Shown piece after piece: positions 1 to 9,006 of a stretch of 64,000 nucleotides of DNA. The position numbers and the translations under genes were made by a program. Every line of letters starts with the position of its first letter. The stretch's first letter is position 1. Origin of the DNA: Minisyncoccia bacterium (GTDB taxonomy: Bacteria > Patescibacteriota > Minisyncoccia > Phycocordibacterales > UBA918); the NCBI GenBank assembly GCA_041736805.1, contig JBGSSW010000016.1:66526-130525 (forward strand), in the 5' to 3' direction. The notes below the pieces were generated by a model that did not search any database, had not been told where the DNA came from, and saw only the letters and a list, made by a program, of their open reading frames with translations.

Positions 1-887
1 CAGGATAGTAGACCGTTACCGAACGCAAACTTCATTGCGCCTTTCTGTAAAATTGGATTGTTATTTTTCTTATCTAATTCACGTTGTACTTCTAGAAACA
101 AGCTCTTTTTAATTAGTGGCTCGTATCGATGAGGAAAGTTACCATATTGAGTTTGCATCACGCCGTGGTAAAAGGGATTACACAGTAAGTGGTGCAAAGC
201 ACTAGATTTAAATGGTAGACCCTTCTTTGTTTTTACTTTTTCCTTCGCCAACCAATCACATAGAGTATTGAGTGAGTAGTTGCCTGTCCTGTACCGTTCA
301 AAGATTTCTTTTACGTAATATGCCTCGTAGTGGTTAACTACCAAATCAGCTCTTGTTCTCTTTTCTTTATTACGAGGCACGTTATCGTATCCAAATAGTG
401 CAGTTCCTATCCAGCATCCATCCTTTCTTTTATGCTCGAAAGCACGCTTAACGTTGTCACTTAGTTGGAGAACATAACTTTTAGCAAATAAGACTCCCAT
501 ATCCCACCTGATGATTTCGGCACTATTAGAATCACGATGAATGACAAGACCCTCTCTGTAAAAGTGCAATTCAACCTTTCCAGTCTTTCGCATCTCATCA
601 AGCATTACAGACTCTTTGTAACTACGCTGTAGTCGGTCAATAGTATCGACAACCAAAGCACAGGTATTTTTTGACTTACTAATTTCAGCAATTATTTCCT
701 GAAACTTTTTTCTGTCGGCTTTGGTAGATGATTCTTTGATTTGATATTCAATGACTTCCTTAAAGCCAACTGATTGCGAGTAACGTCTAAGGCGATGTAT
801 TTGTGCTTCGTTTGATTCTTGTTCCTTATCGGAAACTCGTGCCACTACATAAGCAGTGACATCCTTTTTTGTTTTTATATGACTCAT
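1..887 (-). CDS. Large serine recombinase (resolvase catalytic + recombinase domain), 3' end outside window
   Basis: Not in the ORF track because it runs off the edge. Manual translation from ATG 887: MSHIKTKKDVTAYVVARVSDKEQESNEAQ..ESSTKADRKKF..VDTIDRLQR..LSDNVKRA..GTALFGY..LLCNPFYHG..YEPLIKKSLF. These are the RVS, DRLxR, GY and NPxYxG motifs of large serine integrases. Confidence 0.92.
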   Translation of the reverse strand, partial: MSHIKTKKDVTAYVVARVSDKEQESNEAQIHRLRRYSQSVGFKEVIEYQIKESSTKADRKKFQEIIAEISKSKNTCALVVDTIDRLQRSYKESVMLDEMRKTGKVELHFYREGLVIHRDSNSAEIIRWDMGVLFAKSYVLQLSDNVKRAFEHKRKDGCWIGTALFGYDNVPRNKEKRTRADLVVNHYEAYYVKEIFERYRTGNYSLNTLCDWLAKEKVKTKKGLPFKSSALHHLLCNPFYHGVMQTQYGNFPHRYEPLIKKSLFLEVQRELDKKNNNPILQKGAMKFAFGNGLLS

Positions 888-907
888 ACTAGGTACTATA
901 CGATTGA

Positions 908-1090
908 TTAATTTCCATTTACGATTTCCTTAATGTAGTCAGGTGCATTTGGGTCGGAATTCAATCTTTCTGCAATACCATAGAGAATCACAAACAAATC
1001 ACCCACGTGAGTGTTTGATTTGCTTTCAACTTCAGGAGTGTCGAAGCCAGTTTGTAGTTCTTGTTGGCGTTGTTTTTGTTTCCGACTCAT
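908..1090 (-). CDS. Small hypothetical protein directly upstream of the integrase (possible directionality factor)
   Basis: 60-aa ORF co-oriented with the integrase and 20 bp upstream of it; function inferred from position only. Confidence 0.6.
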   Translation of the reverse strand: MSRKQKQRQQELQTGFDTPEVESKSNTHVGDLFVILYGIAERLNSDPNAPDYIKEIVNGN

Positions 1091-1135
1091 ACTTATGATG
1101 AGCTTTTTGGGCTCATCTAAAGCATAAGTGGCAAC

Positions 1136-1954
1136 TTATAAAACGTCCTTTTTAAAGGATTCTATAGTCTCCAAAAGGAAACTATAGGACGGTTTAGGAC
1201 GAAACGATTTATTAACTTGGTTCGATTTAAGTCTTTCGTAACTTCTTTTAAGCATCTTCTCTGAGCAAAATAAGTTATCTATGTCGCTTTGTAAAACAGG
1301 GTTTTGGAAATGGACACTTTTTGCAGAAGCTATTGGAAAAAAGGCTTTACTAAGAGGTTTAATAAAACCATAGTTGTTTAGGGTCTTACGAACTGAAAAA
1401 GGTTCCCTCGTACCAGTTTTTTGCTTTATATAATTTAGGATATCAATTGTGGGGATGTCCTTGTTTGGATTTTTTAAAATATGTTGCCAAAAATGATAAG
1501 GCTGACTACCATCCTGTGGTTTAAGTAGTGTAAACTCATTATTAAAAACAATACCATCTTTAAAATTCATCGTTATTATGAACCGAGGAAACAACGAAAG
1601 GGGTACTACAATTTTAGTAAATTTTTGAAAGTTAATTGTAAAAGTTGCTATCGCACCGTAAATGATTTCATCATTATCATCTGGCATAGACACATCAAAA
1701 GTCTTCGTTCCAATTGCCAGCTTTGATACTGCCTGATGTGCTTCCAAAAACCGCAATACTGCATATTTTTCAGTGCCATCTTGTCCCTCGTTTCCACCAT
1801 CAACTTCACCCAAATACATTGAAAGCTCCGCTGACTTTGCGTCAACATTAACTGCTTTCTCTAATGCTAGAAAGACGTCACGTATGTGGCGAGAGAAGTT
1901 TTTTGGGTAAACTGTAATATCCTGCATATCATTAAGTATAATAGCAATTCTCAT
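1136..1954 (-). CDS. Hypothetical protein, possible C-terminal winged-helix DNA-binding domain
   Basis: 272-aa ORF; the C-terminal part (YHFWQHILKNPNKDIPTIDIL..VRKTLNN) resembles OmpR-like wHTH regions. Confidence 0.6.
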   Translation of the reverse strand: MRIAIILNDMQDITVYPKNFSRHIRDVFLALEKAVNVDAKSAELSMYLGEVDGGNEGQDGTEKYAVLRFLEAHQAVSKLAIGTKTFDVSMPDDNDEIIYGAIATFTINFQKFTKIVVPLSLFPRFIITMNFKDGIVFNNEFTLLKPQDGSQPYHFWQHILKNPNKDIPTIDILNYIKQKTGTREPFSVRKTLNNYGFIKPLSKAFFPIASAKSVHFQNPVLQSDIDNLFCSEKMLKRSYERLKSNQVNKSFRPKPSYSFLLETIESFKKDVL

Positions 1955-2183
1955 CGGACAAAGTTAGATGTTTAATGAACGTAATCCTGCTTATTACCCT
2001 GTGAATAACTATAATCGAAAAAAGTATTACTAGATTTAAGAATAATAGCCATATTTAATATAGCTATTTTAAGAATTTAATTACTAATTTTAAGAATGCA
2101 TTATAGAAGCAAATTCATAGTTTAAATAGTTATGCGAGTTACGTGAGTTTTTAGTTGAACTCTCCTCTTTGTATAGTGCGTTA

Positions 2184-2760
2184 AGGTGTTGGGTTGTGGC
2201 GACCAAATACAAAAATCTTATTGGATATGTCGCCACGCTAATAAGGTTTTTGTATTTACAACTAGCCCTCAACAACACTCAATCGTTTATCTGGGAATGA
2301 TAAACGTGCTCTTTTAATCCAGATGCTGGCACTGACTGCAACTTGTCACCCAGCGAAGCCTAGTGTGGAGGGGTGGATTTTACTACCTAGGCTTTCCCGT
2401 CATTGTCGGAAGTAAGCAAAGTCGATTATTAGTAACGCTTGCCAATGAGGGAACCAGAGACGAATTGTGACGATACTCAATCACCTCGGTAACGCAATAC
2501 CTGGACGAGGAAGTAGTCTCTTAATCCACCAAGCAGAATGGAACACTCACTTGTCTTGTCGCTGACCGTACTTACTTTGAATTAACAAGGTTGGAAGGAG
2601 AAATCCAAGGAGACGGAAGTACGAGAGAACACACCAAGTGCCGATAGTCATTCGAAAGGAGTTAAATTGTATCACTCATAATGCGACCGAATACCGCTCT
2701 TTAGCGTAAGGGAAAAAGCTTTACCACTTTTATCAACAATGTGGCGGAGCTTCGCTCCTA
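2184..2760 (+). ncRNA. Candidate large structured non-coding RNA or RNA-primed origin (~580 nt)
   Basis: GC-richer region without a credible ORF. TATAGT -10 at 2172-2177, boxA-like TGCTCTTTTAA at 2307-2317, and many nested inverted repeats (2356-2363/2387-2394, 2372-2379/2523-2530, 2456-2461/2516-2521, 2567-2573/2617-2623, 2746-2758). Confidence 0.5.
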
Positions 2761-2955
2761 ATTGCTATATATGTATGACAAAAAATAATGTAATAACAAT
2801 AATTAAAGTAAGTAATTTTTATTACCGTTTTTTGTTGTGTCTATCTATTTTATATAAACGTAGACAGCTATCCGATGCAATCAGTCGTTCACTAACGGTA
2901 TACACATTACAAATCAATTACGTAGAATCACGTATTTTTGCGTGTAAATTACAGT

Positions 2956-3534
2956 ATGTTTAATTCACTTAACTTAAAAGAAATAACTGCAATCGAACTA
3001 AAATATTTAGGAAATACCAATGTTCAAATTGCTGAAAAAATTGACATCCCTGCACGCACTGTAGAGGGTTGGTTTATTAGTGGAGGTAAGCTTGAAGTCG
3101 AGTATCACGATTATTCAAAGCGTTTAAATAAATTACGTTTTGAAAACGTCTCTGAGCAAATTGCTTTAAACGACCAAGAAGTTTTGATTACCACTACAAA
3201 TGTAGTGCGTCACTTCGCTCGCAGACTACAACCAAGAGAAGTTACGCTAGTTCGTGAAGATGGTAATGCTGTGGTAGATGAAAACGGAAAAGCCAAAACT
3301 GTTTTGGTTGAACCAGACGCTCGTTTCACTATGAATGACTTTAAGACGGCTTGGCAGATACAACGCATTATGCAAGGCAAGCCAATTGACTACGTAAAGC
3401 AAGAAATTGAGACGACAAGCTTTGAACACGATGTGGTTATGAAAGAGCTTGGTTTGACAACAGAAGACTTCTCTGACGAAAGAATTGATGAAACAACCAA
3501 ACTGATCACGGACTATTTACTTAATTGTAAATAA
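2956..3534 (+). CDS. HTH protein resembling a phage terminase small subunit
   Basis: N-terminal HTH (TNVQIAEKIDIPARTVEGW), a central VVDENGKAKTVLVE hairpin and AWQIQRIMQGKP, similar in layout to TerS proteins. ATG 2956 preferred over TTG 2938. Confidence 0.55.
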   Translation: MFNSLNLKEITAIELKYLGNTNVQIAEKIDIPARTVEGWFISGGKLEVEYHDYSKRLNKLRFENVSEQIALNDQEVLITTTNVVRHFARRLQPREVTLVREDGNAVVDENGKAKTVLVEPDARFTMNDFKTAWQIQRIMQGKPIDYVKQEIETTSFEHDVVMKELGLTTEDFSDERIDETTKLITDYLLNCK

Positions 3535-3594
3535 TCTGCTTAGTTTGAGATTCTGCAATATCAATATATAATCTCTATACAACTGAATATAGAC

Positions 3595-3750
3595 CTAACC
3601 CGTTAGTTTCGACTGACGGTATGGTTGAAAAACGCACGATACAAGAGACCCTGTCATATTAGGGCGTATCGTGCGTTGCCACTGGAAACGGTGGTAGGGG
3701 TTACCGAAAGGTGTCCTCCTAATGTGGCAGGTTTTGTTGTACCTGCTTCT
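3595..3750 (+). ncRNA. Structured RNA / leader with UUCG and two GAAA tetraloops
   Basis: Stems at 3600-3619 (UUCG), 3631-3642/3666-3677 (12 bp perfect), 3678-3695 (GAAA) and 3696-3720 (GAAA). Alternative 14-bp pairing 3650-3663/3718-3731. Confidence 0.6.
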
Positions 3751-3761
3751 AACTTTTAATT

Positions 3762-4274
3762 ATGACAAACATAAATGAAGCAAGGGCAGTCTGCCCAAAG
3801 TGTGCAGAAGATGTGAAGCCTGAAGCAAGTATTTGCAAACACTGCGGAAGTAAAATTACTCCAGTTTCCGCCGATAAAGTTAAGAAGCGAAGCGTCCCTG
3901 TTTTAAAGTGGTTTATTTTTATTTGTATAGCAGGAATTATAACGTCGTCAGTTATTTCAAGTACGAGCCAAATGAGTAGCCAATCTACGGCACCTGACCA
4001 CTGTTCTATGGCTTACGTAAAAAGCCAAAACTACGTCGAAGATGTTTTAAAGTCACCTAAGTCTGCAGACTTTCCAATGTTTGAATATACCGCTACCGAT
4101 ATTGGTGACGGTGGATGTGAAGTGAGTGGCTATGTTGATGCAGAAAATAGCTTTGGAGCTAACATTCGTAGCTACTGGACAACCACTGTTCGATTCAATG
4201 GTGGAAGTACAGGAGACTCACTGAACTGGACGCTCGAAAAAATGGTGGTAGATGGTGAAGTCGTATATCCATAG
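3762..4274 (+). CDS. Zinc-ribbon + TM + phage-type extracytoplasmic domain protein
   Basis: CPKC..CKHC zinc ribbon, one TM helix, and LKSPKSADF / GYVDAENSFGA motifs common in prophage membrane proteins. Confidence 0.8.
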   Translation: MTNINEARAVCPKCAEDVKPEASICKHCGSKITPVSADKVKKRSVPVLKWFIFICIAGIITSSVISSTSQMSSQSTAPDHCSMAYVKSQNYVEDVLKSPKSADFPMFEYTATDIGDGGCEVSGYVDAENSFGANIRSYWTTTVRFNGGSTGDSLNWTLEKMVVDGEVVYP

Positions 4275-4313
4275 CTCCTCACCAGTACAAACGGCCTACA
4301 AGGCAGATTTAGG

Positions 4314-4556
4314 CTAAATACGGCAGGCTACAACGGGTACTGACTGGTATTGTTTTGCTGTAAGTTCATTACTTTGGCCAGATAGGATATCTGCCAGTAT
4401 TTTACTCTCAAAAGGTAGAGTGGCTTCACCTGTAGTAGTTTTAATGTGGGTCACAAACGGAAAAGTGCTTCCGCTGATAGGAGTAGTACGAATTACCTCA
4501 ACTCCGTCAGTTAGGTATAAACATTGTTTTGTGGCTTTCTCAAATAGGCTTCGCAT
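4314..4556 (-). CDS. Hypothetical protein (80 aa)
   Basis: ORF co-oriented with and just downstream of the defence gene. Confidence 0.55.
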   Translation of the reverse strand: MRSLFEKATKQCLYLTDGVEVIRTTPISGSTFPFVTHIKTTTGEATLPFESKILADILSGQSNELTAKQYQSVPVVACRI

Positions 4557-4598
4557 ACTTAAATGCTAACACTTAATTTTGTTTATGTAGACTATAAG

Positions 4599-7253
4599 TT
4601 AACTCAAAATTGAGATGAGCCATTCGTAAGAAGCTTCACCTTGCTTTCTTTCAACATTATTCATTACACGCCCGTGCTTGACTGCATTTCTGTATTCCTT
4701 GAGTTGCAAGAAGTGCTTCTCGACTTCACCCCTAGAGCCAAAGACGCTCTCAAAAATATCCCAGTTTACAGATATAGTTTCTTGGTAATCCATTATATCG
4801 CAATAGTCAAAACGGTTTCTTGCACTAATAGGCTGACTTCTTTCTGCTGGGTGACGTTTAAATCTTTGCTCTAACTTTTGTTCAACACGTTGCTTTACAC
4901 CATTTGAAACTTTAGCGTCCCAATAATCAGCACCGAAAGCTTTACTCAAATGGGAATCAATAAAGTCTCTCAAATTTAATTCTAATTCATCAACTGCTGT
5001 TTCAGGTGCAGTTTCAAGAACTTCTTCGGTGTCAGGACTCAAGCCAATTTTGCTTCTAATTACCCTAATGATACTTTTTTCTCTTTCTTCGAGAAACCCA
5101 TCGAAGTTATCACTTTGAAGTAGAGCAAGTCCAACCGCACTAATTGTGTGCGACTCCAGTACTTCTGTAAGCGCCTGTTCATTGGATGAGTATTTGTCAG
5201 TTAAAAACTCATTTATGTAGACAGAAGGTACTTTATCCCTTTTTCTCATATTAGTTTCTTTTGACAACCAGGTCATATTAAGAACTGAATTAATATACGG
5301 ATGTTGCGAAAAACCAGCACTGTTAGACTTTGGGAAAATATGGTCTTTGTCATTACTTCTAGCCATCTCTAAAGCGTGTCCTGTTTCAAAATCTACAGCT
5401 CCAGCTAAAGCAATTAATGACATCACACCTTTGTATATTGCATTAGAATGGTTGTTTACCTCTTTTAAATCAAGATTTGAAAGGTCATTTCTGGCTTGTG
5501 TCACTACTTTAGGAATATTTTCTTCACCATTGAACCAATTCATAACCTCCTTATAGTCAGAAGTCATTTGAGTCTCTGCAGACGATGAGTAAGCGTTAGT
5601 AAAAATTGCTGACCAATACCACTGATCAATCTTTGACTGGCACAATAATCTGTCTGCTCTTGTGGCCGCTTCCATATTCAAAGCTGTGAGTACAGGAATC
5701 ATTGGAGAAAACGGCACCTCCTTATCATTTAATACACCGTAACCTGTACGTAAGTTTTCGAGCAAGTTAAAGGTTGATTCGAGATTTTCAACCACTTGAT
5801 TCCAGAGCGTGATAAATTCTTCAGCTGAAGATAGGGACAAGTTCTCGTATAAAGAAAGTAAATCTTTCTTCTTTGCTGAACTTGAGGGATGATGGATTAA
5901 TGAAAGGCACTGAAAAATGAACATCTTGGTTTTTTCAGACTTACAGTAGTTATTGATTCCTTCATAGTTCTCAAGTACCGATTCCCAGAGATTTCTCAAG
6001 TTGATGCCATTCCTAAGCAGTTTTGCGATTAGCAAATCAAATGTGCCAAGTGGTTTACCTTCAGTGTTAATTTTTTCAAAAATAACTGATACTTGTGCTA
6101 AGTCCATACTGCTAGGCAGAACAACAAACGGTATCTGAAAGCCTTGCCACATATGCCTGACTCTGGATTCAATCAATCTTTTTAGGTCTCTTAATTTCTC
6201 ATACGGTAAGTCAGCTTCAGTTGTATGTAAGTAGTCTTCAAGTCCGTCTAGCCATTCAAATGAATTTGAGAGCTTGTTAATTGGAAATAACAAACTTTCA
6301 TAGGTTTCAATGTTTGACAACTCTCTATCCTTCACAGTAATAATCCTCTCACTATTTTGTTCAAGAATAAAATTCTTAAAATCAATATAGTAATATGAAT
6401 TTTTAGAAGTACCCTTAAGAGGAAAATCGGGTGACTTAATCGCATAGTAAAGTGCGGTACAACGCTGTTGCCCATCCAGTATTATAAAATCAGTTCGACT
6501 CAATGAATTTGACGAACCTTGAATCGCAATCAACTCTAAAGGGGCTTGCTCATCTGATTCCCACAGTAAAAAGGCTCCGACATAGTAATCATTAAAGATT
6601 GATTCCAGAAGTGACCGCACGCTTTCTCTATTCCAATCAAAATATCTTTGGAAATTAGGAATCGCCCATCTGGTATCTAAATTTTCTATAATTCGTGCGA
6701 CATCAATTCTGTCCGGGCTACTTAAAGCGTGGGGAGAAAAACTGACAGTCGATAAATCTACTGATGTTACAAAATGCTTCAATCTTTCAGTTTCGAGTAC
6801 AGTGTCTACATCATAGTTTTCTGATGTAACAATTCTTTCAAAATCAGCAGAATTAATTTTCCTTATGCCACCCTGTAGATACGGCCCCCAAGAATAGGGA
6901 TTTTTGATAAATGACAAGTTGTTTAGTAGCGGTTTTATTGGCTTTGGTCTATCAAAAATTAATATGTCCGCTAAGTCCAGTCTGAACATATCCTCACTAC
7001 TAAAATAATTGTGAGAAGTATCACTTTCTCTATAAGCGGATGATGTGGCAGTAGCTGTACCAACAAAATGCTGATTTTCACCACCTAAGTAAAAAACAAT
7101 CTTGTCTCCAGGGACAATCTTAGCTCTTGCGGCTGTTCTAGGGTGTAAACCCCAAACACTCTTCGACATTAAATCAGTATAGATTTCAGATGCAGAAATC
7201 CTGTTGCCTGTACTGTCCTGATGCGACGTTATTATTGATATATAGTTACTCAT
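4599..7253 (-). CDS. EVE - DUF262 - DUF1524(HNH) - Swt1-like HEPN fusion; GmrSD-like modification-dependent restriction protein
   Basis: EVE (WGL..PGDKIVFY..LSFIKN..WGPYLQGGIRKI), DUF262 (IPNFQRYFDW, LDGQQR, FEKIN), HNH (DHIFPK..NSVLN..N) and C-terminal RNAVKH (RxxxxH). Start probably ATG 7253. Confidence 0.85.
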   Translation of the reverse strand: MSNYISIITSHQDSTGNRISASEIYTDLMSKSVWGLHPRTAARAKIVPGDKIVFYLGGENQHFVGTATATSSAYRESDTSHNYFSSEDMFRLDLADILIFDRPKPIKPLLNNLSFIKNPYSWGPYLQGGIRKINSADFERIVTSENYDVDTVLETERLKHFVTSVDLSTVSFSPHALSSPDRIDVARIIENLDTRWAIPNFQRYFDWNRESVRSLLESIFNDYYVGAFLLWESDEQAPLELIAIQGSSNSLSRTDFIILDGQQRCTALYYAIKSPDFPLKGTSKNSYYYIDFKNFILEQNSERIITVKDRELSNIETYESLLFPINKLSNSFEWLDGLEDYLHTTEADLPYEKLRDLKRLIESRVRHMWQGFQIPFVVLPSSMDLAQVSVIFEKINTEGKPLGTFDLLIAKLLRNGINLRNLWESVLENYEGINNYCKSEKTKMFIFQCLSLIHHPSSSAKKKDLLSLYENLSLSSAEEFITLWNQVVENLESTFNLLENLRTGYGVLNDKEVPFSPMIPVLTALNMEAATRADRLLCQSKIDQWYWSAIFTNAYSSSAETQMTSDYKEVMNWFNGEENIPKVVTQARNDLSNLDLKEVNNHSNAIYKGVMSLIALAGAVDFETGHALEMARSNDKDHIFPKSNSAGFSQHPYINSVLNMTWLSKETNMRKRDKVPSVYINEFLTDKYSSNEQALTEVLESHTISAVGLALLQSDNFDGFLEEREKSIIRVIRSKIGLSPDTEEVLETAPETAVDELELNLRDFIDSHLSKAFGADYWDAKVSNGVKQRVEQKLEQRFKRHPAERSQPISARNRFDYCDIMDYQETISVNWDIFESVFGSRGEVEKHFLQLKEYRNAVKHGRVMNNVERKQGEASYEWLISILS

Positions 7254-7336
7254 AATGATGATTACTTTGAGTAAGCATATCATTATAATTCATTATTTTC
7301 AGCTAAAATGATATAGTTTAAATGACATTTATTTAT

Positions 7337-7939
7337 ATGGTTAAATACATAATTTTTCGATACCTAACTAACGCAGATTTTTTTAATATCTATAAACAAC
7401 CTGGTACGGAGTTAGGTGGTGGTGGTCAGGCTTATATTGATTTTCCTGCACAAGATGTATCTCTAGAGAAATGGGGTAAGTTTTTTGAAGACGCAAATAG
7501 TATTGTTTGTGACTCTGGAGAACAAGGCCCTATCTGGTATGTGCCACTAAATAGTATCGGTGTACAAGGTTCTCAAGAGGTAAAGATTTACCAGAGAAGA
7601 GCACAAAGTATATGCATTGCTTCACAACGAATTACTAGCACTAGAGAAAATCGAGTTAAGTCGTGGCATCCAGAAAATGGCTTTCCAGAACCTGCCGACC
7701 CATTAGAACGTAATCAACTTCCTCAGAATCTTCTTGTTTATCTACTTAGAACTAGCAACGATGAATTTTGGGCTGGATGGTCATTAAATCAAGTTCCTGC
7801 GAGAGACAATAATGCGATACAGCTAATTGCTGAAATGCACAATGAGGCTATGTCAGAAGGTCATTCTGGTTTTATTGAACCAACTGACACCCTACTGTTT
7901 GATTCAACTGATAAGGAAAAACCCTTCTTTACATCTTAA
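7337..7939 (+). CDS. Hypothetical protein, candidate restriction endonuclease subunit of the adjacent MTase pair
   Basis: Convergent with the MTase gene and overlapping it by 11 bp; no clear catalytic motif recognised. Confidence 0.5.
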   Translation: MVKYIIFRYLTNADFFNIYKQPGTELGGGGQAYIDFPAQDVSLEKWGKFFEDANSIVCDSGEQGPIWYVPLNSIGVQGSQEVKIYQRRAQSICIASQRITSTRENRVKSWHPENGFPEPADPLERNQLPQNLLVYLLRTSNDEFWAGWSLNQVPARDNNAIQLIAEMHNEAMSEGHSGFIEPTDTLLFDSTDKEKPFFTS

Positions 7940-9005
7940 CCTCAATCAAATACTCAGTTAAGTTTTTACCAAGCTTGCTAGCGTTACTTTTAAATCGCTT
8001 ATGACTTATTTCCTCTAATGAAACTTCTCCGTATTTTTTTAATCCTACGAGTAACTCCTTTATCGGAATTAAACCATCTTCACTATAACTAATTAAAAAG
8101 CTATTGCATTTGACACCAGTCAAAATTTTATCAAAGGAGTCCCAAATTTTTGTTTTGGTGCAAAAATTTGAATATTGGTCTCGCCAAGGTCTTAGTCCAC
8201 TCACACCAATGGCTTGAGGGTCATCCTCCCGTGCCAACGTTTCTAGAATATGGTAGTTAGCCGCATATTGTCTTTTCATATATGGAGGGTCAATGTAACA
8301 AACACTGCACTGAATTGTATTTGCTAAATCTTCAGCATATCCCTTATAAACATTGTGCTTTGATAATTTTGAATCAGCAACAAAATTTGTTGCTATTGAC
8401 GGCTTTAAATACAGAACATCATTTGCTCGCCCAGTCAGCTTGGAAAGATAGTGACCGTAAGTTCCTGAAATATTTGCTACGTCATTTACCGCCAAGATTA
8501 AATCATTCAATAGTAGTGAATGCTCGATGTCATTAATTACTTTTTCTTGGTAAGCGTTTCTTATCCAATTTCTAATTGCATCAATTTTAGAAGCATTGTG
8601 TGGAGAAAAGTAGTTACGTGGCCCATCACCAGAGCTAGGCTTTCCTTCAATACAAAACTCTTTATAAAAATACTTTTTTTGTGGCTTAAGATTGTTTAGA
8701 TAAAGTAAAACATCTACATAGCCGTTTTCATTGTCATTTTTATTCAGCTTTTGATTAATAAATTTATTGGCTTTTTTAAAAGTAGGAGTCTTATCAATTA
8801 AAAGCACTACACGAGCGTGATGGTATGAATATGTCATAACATCTGTCGCAATTACAGAAAAACCCCGCTCTTTTAAAGCTTTAGAAACTGTAGCTGTACC
8901 ACACATCAAATCACAAACCACGTCTCCTTCCTTTGTAATTGATTCAATTTTGTCTACAATTTTGTCTACAATTTTACTTTTAGAACCAATATACCTATGT
9001 CCCAT
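7929..9005 (-). CDS. D12-class N6-adenine DNA methyltransferase (FokI/NlaIII-like)
   Basis: RYIGSK, DLMCGTATVS (motif I), YIDPPY (motif IV), QYAANYHILET, ISYS. Confidence 0.9.
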   Translation of the reverse strand: MGHRYIGSKSKIVDKIVDKIESITKEGDVVCDLMCGTATVSKALKERGFSVIATDVMTYSYHHARVVLLIDKTPTFKKANKFINQKLNKNDNENGYVDVLLYLNNLKPQKKYFYKEFCIEGKPSSGDGPRNYFSPHNASKIDAIRNWIRNAYQEKVINDIEHSLLLNDLILAVNDVANISGTYGHYLSKLTGRANDVLYLKPSIATNFVADSKLSKHNVYKGYAEDLANTIQCSVCYIDPPYMKRQYAANYHILETLAREDDPQAIGVSGLRPWRDQYSNFCTKTKIWDSFDKILTGVKCNSFLISYSEDGLIPIKELLVGLKKYGEVSLEEISHKRFKSNASKLGKNLTEYLIEVKM

Positions 9006-9006
9006 T

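Noticed and set aside
2450-2531. tmRNA or RNase P RNA (TCCACCA at 2525-2531)
   Set aside because: No T-loop (GTTCGA) before TCCACCA, no matching GGGG 5' acceptor, and no GAGGAAAGTCC RNase P signature.
2090-2963. ORFs 2090-2278 (-) and 2739-2963 (+)
   Set aside because: Weak starts, no motifs, overlap with the structured non-coding region and promoter; likely spurious.
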